Source: an uncultured virus (IMG/VR IMGVR_UViG_3300017971_006749) (taxonomy: Duplodnaviria > Heunggongvirae > Uroviricota > Caudoviricetes). From it: a stretch of 20,000 bases of DNA. A program made the position numbers and the translations under genes. The notes under the pieces are model-generated. The model was not told the origin of the DNA, ran no database searches, and was given only the letters and a program-made list of their open reading frames with translations. Shown one piece after another: positions 8,194-16,309 of the stretch; the first letter of the stretch is position 1; each line of letters begins with the position of its first letter. The stretch lies in the IMG/VR virus record IMGVR_UViG_3300017971_006749; one strand, 5' to 3'.

Positions 8194-8385
8194 CACCAAC
8201 TTAGATGGATCAATATCTAATGCCAATGCTATCGACCGTAATGTTGATACAGTGATGCCTTTTCCATCTAATACATTTCGTATTGTGCCTATTGATAATT
8301 TGCTTTCTTCGGCAAGTTGACATATCTTTTTATTGTTATCTTTCATCAGTTGTCTGAATACATTACTTCGTTCTTGATTCGTCAT
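8191..8385 (-). CDS. XRE/Cro-like HTH protein
   Basis: QLAEESKLSIGTIRNVLDGKGITVSTLRSIALALDI HTH pattern; SD AGGAG. Confidence 0.8.
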   Translation of the reverse strand: MTNQERSNVFRQLMKDNNKKICQLAEESKLSIGTIRNVLDGKGITVSTLRSIALALDIDPSKLV

Positions 8386-8531
8386 TTATCTTCTCCTTGC
8401 TTTTCACTCCTATCAATTACCCTTCGCGTTTTTTCAGCAGTATCACCTGTTCGTTTACCTGATACCAATATTGAAATTATCACAAGCTCAAATAAAACAA
8501 CTATACCCGCTGCAATAAATACTGTAATCAT
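8382..8531 (-). CDS. small membrane-anchored protein (49 aa); not in the ORF track
   Basis: MITVFIAAGIVVLFELVIISILVSGKRTGDTAEKTRRVIDRSEKQGEDK. SD GAGGAG; ATGA overlaps at both ends. Confidence 0.7.
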   Translation of the reverse strand: MITVFIAAGIVVLFELVIISILVSGKRTGDTAEKTRRVIDRSEKQGEDK

Positions 8532-8668
8532 GACGGTCTCCTCGTTACTGGTCTGTAGTTGATAAACTGTAAATGTTTATGCAATTTCCTGGCCTCTCGT
8601 TTGTTAATTGCCCGTTTTACGTTCATTCTAAATCTTTCTCTAAGTGTCCATTTGTGATTGAACTCCAT
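8528..8668 (-). CDS. small basic hypothetical protein (46 aa); not in the ORF track
   Basis: MEFNHKWTLRERFRMNVKRAINKREARKLHKHLQFINYRPVTRRPS. Strong SD GGAGGTG; ATGA overlap with the next gene. Confidence 0.7.
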   Translation of the reverse strand: MEFNHKWTLRERFRMNVKRAINKREARKLHKHLQFINYRPVTRRPS

Positions 8669-8674
8669 GCTATA

Positions 8675-8890
8675 TCACCTCCCCCTTAATCTCTTCCAAT
8701 TATCTCTATGCGCCGGTTCAAGTATTTTTAAGCTGCTCTTCCATTCGGCAGAAGAGCTCCTACGACTTGGATCGTAGGGTAGATACCAGCAGACCTCTAC
8801 TGTAAAGCTGTTCTCTCCACCATAGATTATACCTTCATATTGCGATAATTCTGGATTGGTATAACCTACTATTTCACCTACGTTGAACAT
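8675..8890 (-). CDS. small hypothetical protein (possible SH3-like/KOW-like beta fold)
   Basis: MFNVGEIVGY...GII...VEVCW pattern. Start reassigned to ATG 8890 after SD GAGGAG. Confidence 0.6.
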   Translation of the reverse strand: MFNVGEIVGYTNPELSQYEGIIYGGENSFTVEVCWYLPYDPSRRSSSAEWKSSLKILEPAHRDNWKRLRGR

Positions 8891-8903
8891 TTTAACTCCT
8901 CTC

Positions 8904-9983
8904 TTAATACACCTCATAATAACAGCCAGTATTGGCTATTGCTTCCTGACTCTCTTTAACTCCATGATAGTCAGTTAGGTCTTTGTCAAATACCATCCTA
9001 TGAACTATATCACACCATCTCAAAGCACCCATATCAGAACTAATTATCTGTGTCTTATCCATGCTGTAAATACCTGCCATCTCAACACCTAAGACCTCAG
9101 CTAAGTCTGTCGCTATTCTGGTCATCATATCCTCAGTGATAGTCCTTGAAGCTGAAACGTAGTCACTGCCATATTGGTATAGTTTATCATCCTTTTCATG
9201 TTCGATAAAACTGGCTAAGTCTATCATGCCATCGAAAGTTTTACCTTCATACTGTCTCAACATTTCTTCTACAGCTTTCTGACTAGCTCCGTCTGTCCAC
9301 TCAACATATATCGAACTGCCACCTGAATACCTGTCTGACCTCACCTTAAATTTCTGGCCGGGAAACTTGGTTTTCAAGTTCTTACGAACTATCTTAGCCA
9401 CGTCTACTACGTCAATATATACTCTCTCTAGCTCTGGTTTTGGCTCAACTAATACTGTATCATCATCTGCTCTAGCTTCACCTAACTGTCTGAGAAGTTT
9501 ATCAACATAAGTTTCTTCAAGTATGCCAGTATCTAAGTCATAAGTATCAAGAAATTCTTGCGCATCCTCCTTATCTTTCTGATCTGTATCAATTATCCAT
9601 TGCAGGAAGTTCCTGATATGCTGTGCTATACAAAATTCAGCATCTTTATATGACCAATGCTGTACGTCAAAACGGCCTTCATAAATATAGCCATCCTCAA
9701 AGATAACCTTGAAATCGTGTTTATCATAAGCTCCACCTTTGGGAGCGGTCGTGCTATTCTCAATTATCTGTCTACTGGCACTAGCGAAGTCTTTAAAGAA
9801 CCATGATAAACATAGGTTACTCGGCCCCTCTGCTCTATCAAGCATTATGCCTTTGACCTGTATCTTTTTCTTTGTCGTTAGTTGCCTATCTACACATTCT
9901 TTACAAATAACAAACTTTCCATTAACTGTTATTGATTCCATATCTTCTATTGGTTTTTCTGTGTGGCAAATATAACAAGTCAT
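8904..9983 (-). CDS. multidomain protein: N-terminal Zn ribbon, LPD25-like domain and LPD29 (large polyvalent protein-associated) domain
   Basis: CYIC...CKEC at the N-terminus. 'YDKHDFKVIFEDGYIYEGRFD' is LPD25-like. 'AKIVRKNLKTKFPGQKFKVRSDRYSGGSSIYVEWTDG...FDGMID' is the LPD29 signature. Confidence 0.7.
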   Translation of the reverse strand: MTCYICHTEKPIEDMESITVNGKFVICKECVDRQLTTKKKIQVKGIMLDRAEGPSNLCLSWFFKDFASASRQIIENSTTAPKGGAYDKHDFKVIFEDGYIYEGRFDVQHWSYKDAEFCIAQHIRNFLQWIIDTDQKDKEDAQEFLDTYDLDTGILEETYVDKLLRQLGEARADDDTVLVEPKPELERVYIDVVDVAKIVRKNLKTKFPGQKFKVRSDRYSGGSSIYVEWTDGASQKAVEEMLRQYEGKTFDGMIDLASFIEHEKDDKLYQYGSDYVSASRTITEDMMTRIATDLAEVLGVEMAGIYSMDKTQIISSDMGALRWCDIVHRMVFDKDLTDYHGVKESQEAIANTGCYYEVY

Positions 9984-9984
9984 T

Positions 9985-10170
9985 TTATATCTCCTTTAGA
10001 TTATCAATAATCTGCATCGCTCTTGCAATAGCATTATTCTTGAATTTATAGATGTCAGTAGAATCAATATCCTTACCATTACGACCAATGATAAAGCAAT
10101 AATAACCACCATCATCAGGACTGTAGGTAACTTCGATAAAATAATCTCTATATTCAAGCAAATTAAACAT
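9985..10170 (-). CDS. small phage-type hypothetical protein
   Basis: 61-aa ORF with SD AGGAG, tightly packed in the operon. Confidence 0.7.
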   Translation of the reverse strand: MFNLLEYRDYFIEVTYSPDDGGYYCFIIGRNGKDIDSTDIYKFKNNAIARAMQIIDNLKEI

Positions 10171-10187
10171 TGTCTATCTCCTTTTGG

Positions 10188-10388
10188 TTATTTGACTTCT
10201 TCTATCTGTAGTCCAAAGTATTTTGCTAAACTCTCCATTACCACCTTGCTGTGTGTTATATAGCCACCGGGATTACCTCTTGACCATTCCCAACCACACA
10301 TCTCCAATGACTTCCTCTTCTTATGAATACCCTCAAGTATCCATGTATCTTTGTAACCGTCAAATTGATGCCTGATTACCATGTTCAT
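10188..10388 (-). CDS. small hypothetical protein
   Basis: 66-aa ORF with an ATGA overlap with the upstream gene. Confidence 0.65.
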   Translation of the reverse strand: MNMVIRHQFDGYKDTWILEGIHKKRKSLEMCGWEWSRGNPGGYITHSKVVMESLAKYFGLQIEEVK

Positions 10389-10597
10389 AATATCCCTTTC
10401 ATTTTCAATAATCTTTCAACCTCTTTCCATCCATCATGACAACAGATAGACGTTGCTTCATCTTCTGGGAAATCCACCATCTGTTCATTAGTATAAAAAA
10501 CCTCTACCGATTTATACTGTCCACGAACTATCCAAGATTCTTCCCACTCCATCCCCAATTTATCTAACACTCCCTTTAAGTCTTTTACCTTCATCAC
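10385..10597 (-). CDS. small hypothetical protein
   Basis: 70-aa ORF with SD AGGAGG; MKVKDL..L N-terminus is common in small phage proteins. Confidence 0.7.
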   Translation of the reverse strand: MMKVKDLKGVLDKLGMEWEESWIVRGQYKSVEVFYTNEQMVDFPEDEATSICCHDGWKEVERLLKMKGIL

Positions 10598-10604
10598 TGC
10601 CTCC

Positions 10605-11096
10605 TTATTTATATTGCGCCCTATACCGTTGATAGATAGGAACTAACTCATCGACACATTCATTGCAGTAATATGTATGCCCCTTGAACTCTGTATGAGC
10701 ATCTTCGTAAATTGGATGACTTGAATATCTACCAAATGTCATTACTGAATTATGCTCAGGACATATCGGACTACTGTTTTCTAATGCCGCTCTCCTGCAT
10801 GTTCTGGTCAATCGTTCACCCCAACGATAATCAACTTGATTCATCGGCCCTTCCACCCTTGCAACCCATCCTTCATCAGCCAATTCTTCAAGAGCTTGCC
10901 ACCACTCGTAATCTCCATAATCTCCATATCGTTCCCGATCATTCTCTTCTGTTGGAAATTTATAGAGATAAGTTATCTTGGTTGACTCAGTATAAACCTT
11001 TATTACCCAATTCAATACCTTTCGTTTCATCTCTTGTCGTATTTCAGTCATTTCATTTTCCGCTGTTTTATAACCCCTACCCATTTGACCTCTCAT
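10605..11096 (-). CDS. hypothetical protein, possible winged helix plus C-terminal Zn finger
   Basis: 'ALEELADEGWVARV' is wHTH-like; CPEH...CNEC. SD AGGAG; first gene after the 11148-11176 promoter. Confidence 0.65.
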   Translation of the reverse strand: MRGQMGRGYKTAENEMTEIRQEMKRKVLNWVIKVYTESTKITYLYKFPTEENDRERYGDYGDYEWWQALEELADEGWVARVEGPMNQVDYRWGERLTRTCRRAALENSSPICPEHNSVMTFGRYSSHPIYEDAHTEFKGHTYYCNECVDELVPIYQRYRAQYK

Positions 11097-11147
11097 CTTA
11101 TGTCTCCTTCTAAAGTGTTAAGTAACTTATTTCCTCTTCCATCTAAG

Positions 11148-11176
11148 ATTATAACAGATTATAATATAAAAGTCAA
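11148..11176 (-). promoter_or_regulatory. strong sigma70-type promoter driving the small-gene cassette
   Basis: TTGACT-17 nt-TATAAT with extended TGn and an AT-rich UP-like tract upstream. Confidence 0.85.
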
Positions 11177-11230
11177 GAGAAAAATACAAAAAAATAGACT
11201 TTTTCTAGAAAAAAGCCTAAAAAAGTAGAT

Positions 11231-11280
11231 ATATTACAAAATATTATGGATATATTAGCAGGTATATTAAGAATATGTTA
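11231..11280. repeat. phased ATATTA direct-repeat array
   Basis: atatta at 11231, 11241, 11252 and 11264, plus atgtta at 11275 (spacing 10-12 bp). Confidence 0.55.
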
Positions 11281-11316
11281 CAGGATAGATAACGTTAATG
11301 ATAATAATAGTTGACA

Positions 11317-11461
11317 TAAAAAAACCATTCAGAGAAAATACTGTGTGCGGTTGATGGAGTCTTTGCGACTCGGAAGGTTTTATCTCTGAATGGTTTAATA
11401 GGTATACTGACAATTTTGGTAATGATATGGCCGTCCTTACTATGAATCTGGCCTTGCTATA
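11317..11461 (-). ncRNA. candidate small non-coding RNA (~145 nt)
   Basis: Lies between a perfect promoter (11468-11496) and a 14-bp stem (11322-11335/11383-11396) ending in a U7 tract. Internal GAGTC-GCAAA-GACTC hairpin; no SD-led ORF. Confidence 0.5.
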
Positions 11462-11467
11462 TCTTAT

Positions 11468-11496
11468 ATTATATCATACCTCTATCATTATGTCAA
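11468..11496 (-). promoter_or_regulatory. perfect-consensus sigma70-type promoter
   Basis: TTGACA-17 nt-TATAAT with extended TGn. The -35 element overlaps the last codons (AAG TTG ACA TAA) of the upstream methyltransferase gene. Confidence 0.85.
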
Positions 11497-12114
11497 CTTT
11501 TCATAAATAATTCCCCAAGGTGTGAAGCCTTTACCTCTATATCTGTGAACCAGCTTGAAGCCTCTAACTGTTATGAAATCTATTAAATGTTGCAATGTTA
11601 GCCATTCCATACAGTCATAACTATCGCTCTTTGAGCCGCGATATCCGGGTTCTTTAGTACCACCCTTATTCTCAGTTAAGAATATACCTTGTGGCTTCAA
11701 TACTCGATATACTTCACCGATAATTTTATCAAAGTCTAATACATGATCAAGACTGTTGGTATATACAATATCTATAGTTCTGTCCTGAAAGACAAGATTG
11801 TGAAAATCTCCATGTAGGACATGATGATTATTCTCTCCCGGTTCTAAGTCAATACCAATAGCAAAATAACCCTTATCTATGAAAGCCCTTACTTCGCCGC
11901 CTACCCTTGCCCCTAGGCATAAGACATTACCTGAGGTAGGTATTTCATCCATCAGTATATCAAGTCGTTTCCCTAATGAGCCACGAATACCTATAGAAAA
12001 TCTTTCGCCAGTACCGGGAGCTTTTCGTAACTTCTCACCCTGTATATGAATATACTGGCCGTAATTCTCATAGTCTCTTCGTCTGAATCCACCTGTTATA
12101 TCAATCCAATTCAT
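11488..12114 (-). CDS. class I SAM-dependent methyltransferase (Methyltransf_11-like)
   Basis: VLCLGARVGGEV, AIGIDL, GDFHNLVF, DIVYTNSLDH and EVYRVLKPQG motifs. Tandem paralog of 12111..12770. Confidence 0.85.
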   Translation of the reverse strand: MNWIDITGGFRRRDYENYGQYIHIQGEKLRKAPGTGERFSIGIRGSLGKRLDILMDEIPTSGNVLCLGARVGGEVRAFIDKGYFAIGIDLEPGENNHHVLHGDFHNLVFQDRTIDIVYTNSLDHVLDFDKIIGEVYRVLKPQGIFLTENKGGTKEPGYRGSKSDSYDCMEWLTLQHLIDFITVRGFKLVHRYRGKGFTPWGIIYEKLT

Positions 12115-12770
12115 TTATTTTTCCTGAATAAATAACCGTAAGGTGTGGCCTTACTCTGACGATCATGGTACGAATGAAATAAAGAATAGCCCGATTGCTC
12201 TATTCTTTCAACTAACACCTTAAGAGAATCCCATTCCAGACAGTCCCAATGGTCACTTCCCATATTTTTTTTGTCTATTTCATTACTGCCAGACTTACAT
12301 TCCATCTGTAATATACCCTCAGGCTTTAATACTCGATGGATTTGTGCTAGGACTTTATCAGGTTCTAGACAATGGTCAAAGCAGTTGATATATACTATGT
12401 CTACAGAACTATCGGCAAATTCTAAATCGTGAAAGTCTCCATAAACCACATGCTGATTAGCTGGCCCGGGATTCACGTCTATACCTACAGCAAAAGCTCC
12501 CATATTAATGAAAGCCTCTACCTCTCCACCAAGTCTAGCTCCTAAACATAAGACGGACATACCATGCTTCACTATTCGTAATTGCTTAAGACGTGATTGT
12601 AATAACTGCCTTAATTGCCTACTTCGTTCTAAACACCAGCCCGGCCTTTCATCTAGCTTACTGGCTTGCATCTTTATATAGGCATTATAATCTGTATAAT
12701 TCCTCTTATATAAACCATCTAAGTCAGTCCAGCCCAATTCACTCTCATGTCGTTTCACATCAGGATTCAT
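12111..12770 (-). CDS. class I SAM-dependent methyltransferase (Methyltransf_11-like)
   Basis: VLCLGARLGGEV, GDFHDLEF and IHRVLKPEG motifs. Start reassigned to ATG 12770 (SD AGGAG, ATGA overlap). Confidence 0.85.
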   Translation of the reverse strand: MNPDVKRHESELGWTDLDGLYKRNYTDYNAYIKMQASKLDERPGWCLERSRQLRQLLQSRLKQLRIVKHGMSVLCLGARLGGEVEAFINMGAFAVGIDVNPGPANQHVVYGDFHDLEFADSSVDIVYINCFDHCLEPDKVLAQIHRVLKPEGILQMECKSGSNEIDKKNMGSDHWDCLEWDSLKVLVERIEQSGYSLFHSYHDRQSKATPYGYLFRKNK

Positions 12771-13321
12771 GCTCTTCTCCTGAATAAATATGAATGTATA
12801 TCTTGACGTGGTGGACACTCTGGCTGTCCATGACTTAATAGATCAAAGCCAAGTCTGTGCATGAATGATAGAAATTTTGCGGGTGTGAAATATGTTAGAT
12901 GCTCTCCCGGCTTATAATGCTTCCAATCCTCTAAGACTTTATCCTCTGGCAATATTGGTATGGTAGCAGCTAAAGCCTTAGACTTATCAATCCATTCAAG
13001 CATTTTTCCATCAGGCTTATGTTCCCAATCCACATGCTCTAATACATCCCACAAACATATCAAGTCATAATTTTTATGCCTGATACCTGTCTGAGGATAA
13101 CTGGCTTTTTCTGAGATCATGCCAATATCAAAACTATCTACTATAATACCATCAGGCCTATATAACGAAAAGGCATTATTACCACACCCATAATCAAGTA
13201 TTGTCTTAGGATGTAATTGAGCTACCAATTTCCATCTGATATTACTTATCTCCTGCATTGAACCAGCATACATTTCCAGAAGATTCTCATAGTATTCGAC
13301 ATCGTACCCATCAAAAGGCAT
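12767..13321 (-). CDS. class I SAM-dependent methyltransferase (Methyltransf_23-like)
   Basis: ILDYGCG, YDLICLWDVLEH and PGEHLTYF motifs; SD GGAGGT. Confidence 0.85.
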   Translation of the reverse strand: MPFDGYDVEYYENLLEMYAGSMQEISNIRWKLVAQLHPKTILDYGCGNNAFSLYRPDGIIVDSFDIGMISEKASYPQTGIRHKNYDLICLWDVLEHVDWEHKPDGKMLEWIDKSKALAATIPILPEDKVLEDWKHYKPGEHLTYFTPAKFLSFMHRLGFDLLSHGQPECPPRQDIHSYLFRRRA

Positions 13322-13334
13322 TATTACCTCCTTG

Positions 13335-13730
13335 TTATTGATATGTTTGTAATAAAGCTATATGAGCATCCATAGCAGTTAAAGCTGTATTAGCTTCTAT
13401 TAGCCAATCGTCTTTAGGCACACTGGCACGACCATCAGGCTCGGCAGGATCGGCTACCGAAACATAATAGCCAGCAGGTTTATTCTGTATATTCACAATA
13501 TCTGCCGATAAGCCAAGTCGTACTTGAGAATATAAGGCTAACTGACCATCAATCAAACCTTCCACTGCTTTTGGTACACGAATCATAGGCCGCCACGTAG
13601 ACGGTGCCTGACCATAAACCAGTAATGCTAATAATTCAGCATTAGCATGAGCCTTTTGATTGATCGTATACGACATCCATATCCCAATAATTGCTATTAT
13701 CAATAAGGCTGCTACCAAACTCTTCTTCAT
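13335..13730 (-). CDS. secreted or membrane-anchored hypothetical protein
   Basis: MKKSLVAALLIIAIIGIW...AHA signal-like N-terminus; SD GGAGGT before ATG 13730. Confidence 0.7.
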   Translation of the reverse strand: MKKSLVAALLIIAIIGIWMSYTINQKAHANAELLALLVYGQAPSTWRPMIRVPKAVEGLIDGQLALYSQVRLGLSADIVNIQNKPAGYYVSVADPAEPDGRASVPKDDWLIEANTALTAMDAHIALLQTYQ

Positions 13731-13735
13731 GATCA

Positions 13736-15013
13736 TTACCTCCAATCAACTACCGTTGCATTTCTTGAAGTCCTTGCTGCTTCTATATCTTCTACTGAAC
13801 TACCTGCGGCATGATACAAAGCTTCTAATATCTTAGGATAGTTAATCGCTCCATGCCCGTTATAAATATCAGGAGAGTTATACCGGTCAGAGCCTTGAAA
13901 TATAAATTTCCGAGTACACCATTTCTTTGCTCTTAGCATAACCGCTGCCCCTGTTACATGGGGAGCGGAAAGACTCGTACCAGATACATTGACAATATCT
14001 CCCTTTTTGTTATAGGCAGGAATATATACACCAGGAGCCATGACCCCTGATTTTTTCAGCATATCGCCATAATTGCTGAATGTTGCTCTTGCCCCTGAAA
14101 CTTCTAATGCCCCAACACTTATACACAGGCCAAATCGTGCTGGATAGACTAAATGGTCGCCTTGATCTGTCTTACCGTCATTCCCTGCTGATGCTATGCA
14201 GCCAATTCCCTGTCCTGCACATGCCAGAACAGCATCCTTAAAAGCCTTTGATCCACTATAGCCACCAAGACTGATATTTACAAGCTCTATTTCAGAGTTA
14301 TTACTTATCCATTCAAGTCCTTTTATAATCGTGAAATATGACCCACGTCCGTTACTACTTAATACCTTTACTGCATAAAATTCTGTATCTGGCATCACAC
14401 CGACAATGCCCTTACCATTTCGTCTTGCGCCAATCACTGAGGCAATATACGTCCCATGATTATTGTCATCTTCCCAATTATCATTATTGCCATAAAAATT
14501 ATATCCACCAACAACCTTGCCAGCAAGGTCGTCTACCTTAGATGATATACCTGTATCTAGTATAGCTACCTTTATAGGAGCTAAGGTTACACCATCTAAG
14601 CCCATGGTTTTATCCCAGACCTTATTTGCGCCAACTCTCTTTACACCTCCCGGTATTACTTCTCCCGTAGCCAAGCCTCTAAGTCCACCAGTAGGGCCTG
14701 CCAGCATCTCCCATAGCCCTTGTGGTTCAGGAGCAGCCAGAGCATAAGCAGTACCATTAGGCTCGATATATTCCACTATATCCAAATGTTTTAGAAAGGC
14801 AATATCGGAATCTTTTAGTTTACATAATACGGCATCTATGAGTGTCAGTTTATCGAGAACCTTTATACCAGCCTCCTCAAATACCTGTATAACAGATTCA
14901 GCCTCTTTAGTAAGTTTGACTATATACTCATTAGAACTGCCGCCGCCATTCCAGATAGAACACCCTACCAACAATATAATAAACAATAATAAACCTATCA
15001 ATACTTTTCCCAT
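13736..15013 (-). CDS. subtilisin-like serine protease (S8), predicted lipoprotein with an I9-like propeptide
   Basis: Lipobox LVGC, propeptide ending VEYIEPN, catalytic triad ILDTG / HGT / SGTS, and oxyanion motif SAGN. Confidence 0.9.
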   Translation of the reverse strand: MGKVLIGLLLFIILLVGCSIWNGGGSSNEYIVKLTKEAESVIQVFEEAGIKVLDKLTLIDAVLCKLKDSDIAFLKHLDIVEYIEPNGTAYALAAPEPQGLWEMLAGPTGGLRGLATGEVIPGGVKRVGANKVWDKTMGLDGVTLAPIKVAILDTGISSKVDDLAGKVVGGYNFYGNNDNWEDDNNHGTYIASVIGARRNGKGIVGVMPDTEFYAVKVLSSNGRGSYFTIIKGLEWISNNSEIELVNISLGGYSGSKAFKDAVLACAGQGIGCIASAGNDGKTDQGDHLVYPARFGLCISVGALEVSGARATFSNYGDMLKKSGVMAPGVYIPAYNKKGDIVNVSGTSLSAPHVTGAAVMLRAKKWCTRKFIFQGSDRYNSPDIYNGHGAINYPKILEALYHAAGSSVEDIEAARTSRNATVVDWR

Positions 15014-15037
15014 GATTCTAATTCTCCTTTTTATAAA

Positions 15038-16309
15038 TTACGATTTTCCACCATTCAGACCGTTTTCTTCAAGATACTTATAAACACTTCGCCGCTCATG
15101 TTGTAAGTCAACCTCTTGCCAATCCTTATAACTCACGATAAATGATGATTCTAACTCAGTATCTACTGTCCCTATCATTGAACTGTAATCCTGATATATA
15201 CAATCTTTTATTATCGCTCCAAATTTATCTGGGTATTTAGCTATACGACTGCCAGGATAAGGTACTAAGGTTGTGAATAAAACAATATCAGGCTTCGTTT
15301 GCTCGAAAAACTTTATACTTCGTTCTGCTATACCCGGTTCTTCTCCCGGCAATCCCATGATCATATAAAGCCGTACACGAATACCGACAGCCTTTGTTCG
15401 TTCGATAGCTGCCGCTGCCTGCTCTACTGTAATACCTTTACCAGTTAAAGCTAGTGCCTGTTCAGAGACAGTTTCAAGCCCATAACCTATCTCCCGACAT
15501 CCGGCATCCGCCATAGCCTGTAGTTCTTCTTTCGTTTGTCCTACATCTACTCGTGAACTGCATCGCCATTGGATATGGAGCGATTTTAATTGCTCACATA
15601 AGGTCAGTAGTCTATTACTATCAAGAGCCATTGTATCGTCTTGAAACCTGCATTGCTCTATACCATACCTATTCTTAAGATATTGAATTTCGTCTACAAT
15701 ATTATCCGGTGTTCTAAATGTTACCTGTGTACCCCAGAGAGGTTTACTCGCACAAAATGAACAGCTATAAGGACACCCTCTGGATGTTATCATAGTAGTA
15801 CCTATTTTGCCTTTATCCACAAGCGACTTACTTATAACCAGATTTGAGGGCATTAAATGTCGTGCAGGGAAGGGTATACTATCAATATTTTTAATACGTT
15901 CTGAATGATATACTTTCTTCTCGGTATTTCCATTCTTGAAATCCGTCATCACATCAAGTATAGCTGTTTCTCCTTCACCCATTACTCTCTTATCAAATGT
16001 AGGGTCTATTTCTTCGTTAGCTACTGAGGCATGTACTCCACCTAAAACAGTATAGGCATTATATTTTTTCTTAACACGTTTTGCTATTTCTATAGCAGCC
16101 GGATATTCTGGTGTGGTGGCTGTAAAACCATAAATGTCTGCCATTGGAAGACTCTTATCCATACCTCGTAGGTCGGCGATAATAACTGTATATCCTGCTT
16201 GCTCAAGCACCCCTGCAATATATAATATCCCTAATGGATTATTTTTATACATATCAATAAGATAAAAAGACCCGGGAATTACAAGGCATATCGTCAAGGT
16301 GTTTTTCAT
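15038..16309 (-). CDS. B12-binding radical SAM protein (class B methyltransferase-like)
   Basis: PLGILYIAGVL and VLGGVHAS in the B12 domain; SRGCPYSCSFC (CxxxCxxC), GLE, MGLPGE and PYPGS. Start reassigned to ATG 16309 (ATGA overlap). Confidence 0.9.
   Translation of the reverse strand: MKNTLTICLVIPGSFYLIDMYKNNPLGILYIAGVLEQAGYTVIIADLRGMDKSLPMADIYGFTATTPEYPAAIEIAKRVKKKYNAYTVLGGVHASVANEEIDPTFDKRVMGEGETAILDVMTDFKNGNTEKKVYHSERIKNIDSIPFPARHLMPSNLVISKSLVDKGKIGTTMITSRGCPYSCSFCASKPLWGTQVTFRTPDNIVDEIQYLKNRYGIEQCRFQDDTMALDSNRLLTLCEQLKSLHIQWRCSSRVDVGQTKEELQAMADAGCREIGYGLETVSEQALALTGKGITVEQAAAAIERTKAVGIRVRLYMIMGLPGEEPGIAERSIKFFEQTKPDIVLFTTLVPYPGSRIAKYPDKFGAIIKDCIYQDYSSMIGTVDTELESSFIVSYKDWQEVDLQHERRSVYKYLEENGLNGGKS

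Noticed and set aside
11355..11400. Resemblance to a c-di-GMP-I riboswitch (AAACCATTC...CGCAAAG.CTCC)
   Set aside because: It lacks the GNRA-capped P2 and tetraloop-receptor arrangement, and AAACCATTC instead pairs with the terminator arm. Only a cmscan hit would revive this.
1110..13321. Methyltransferases as DNA modification or restriction-modification enzymes
   Set aside because: No DPPY/NPPY or PC catalytic motifs; the motifs match small-molecule or sugar methyltransferase families.
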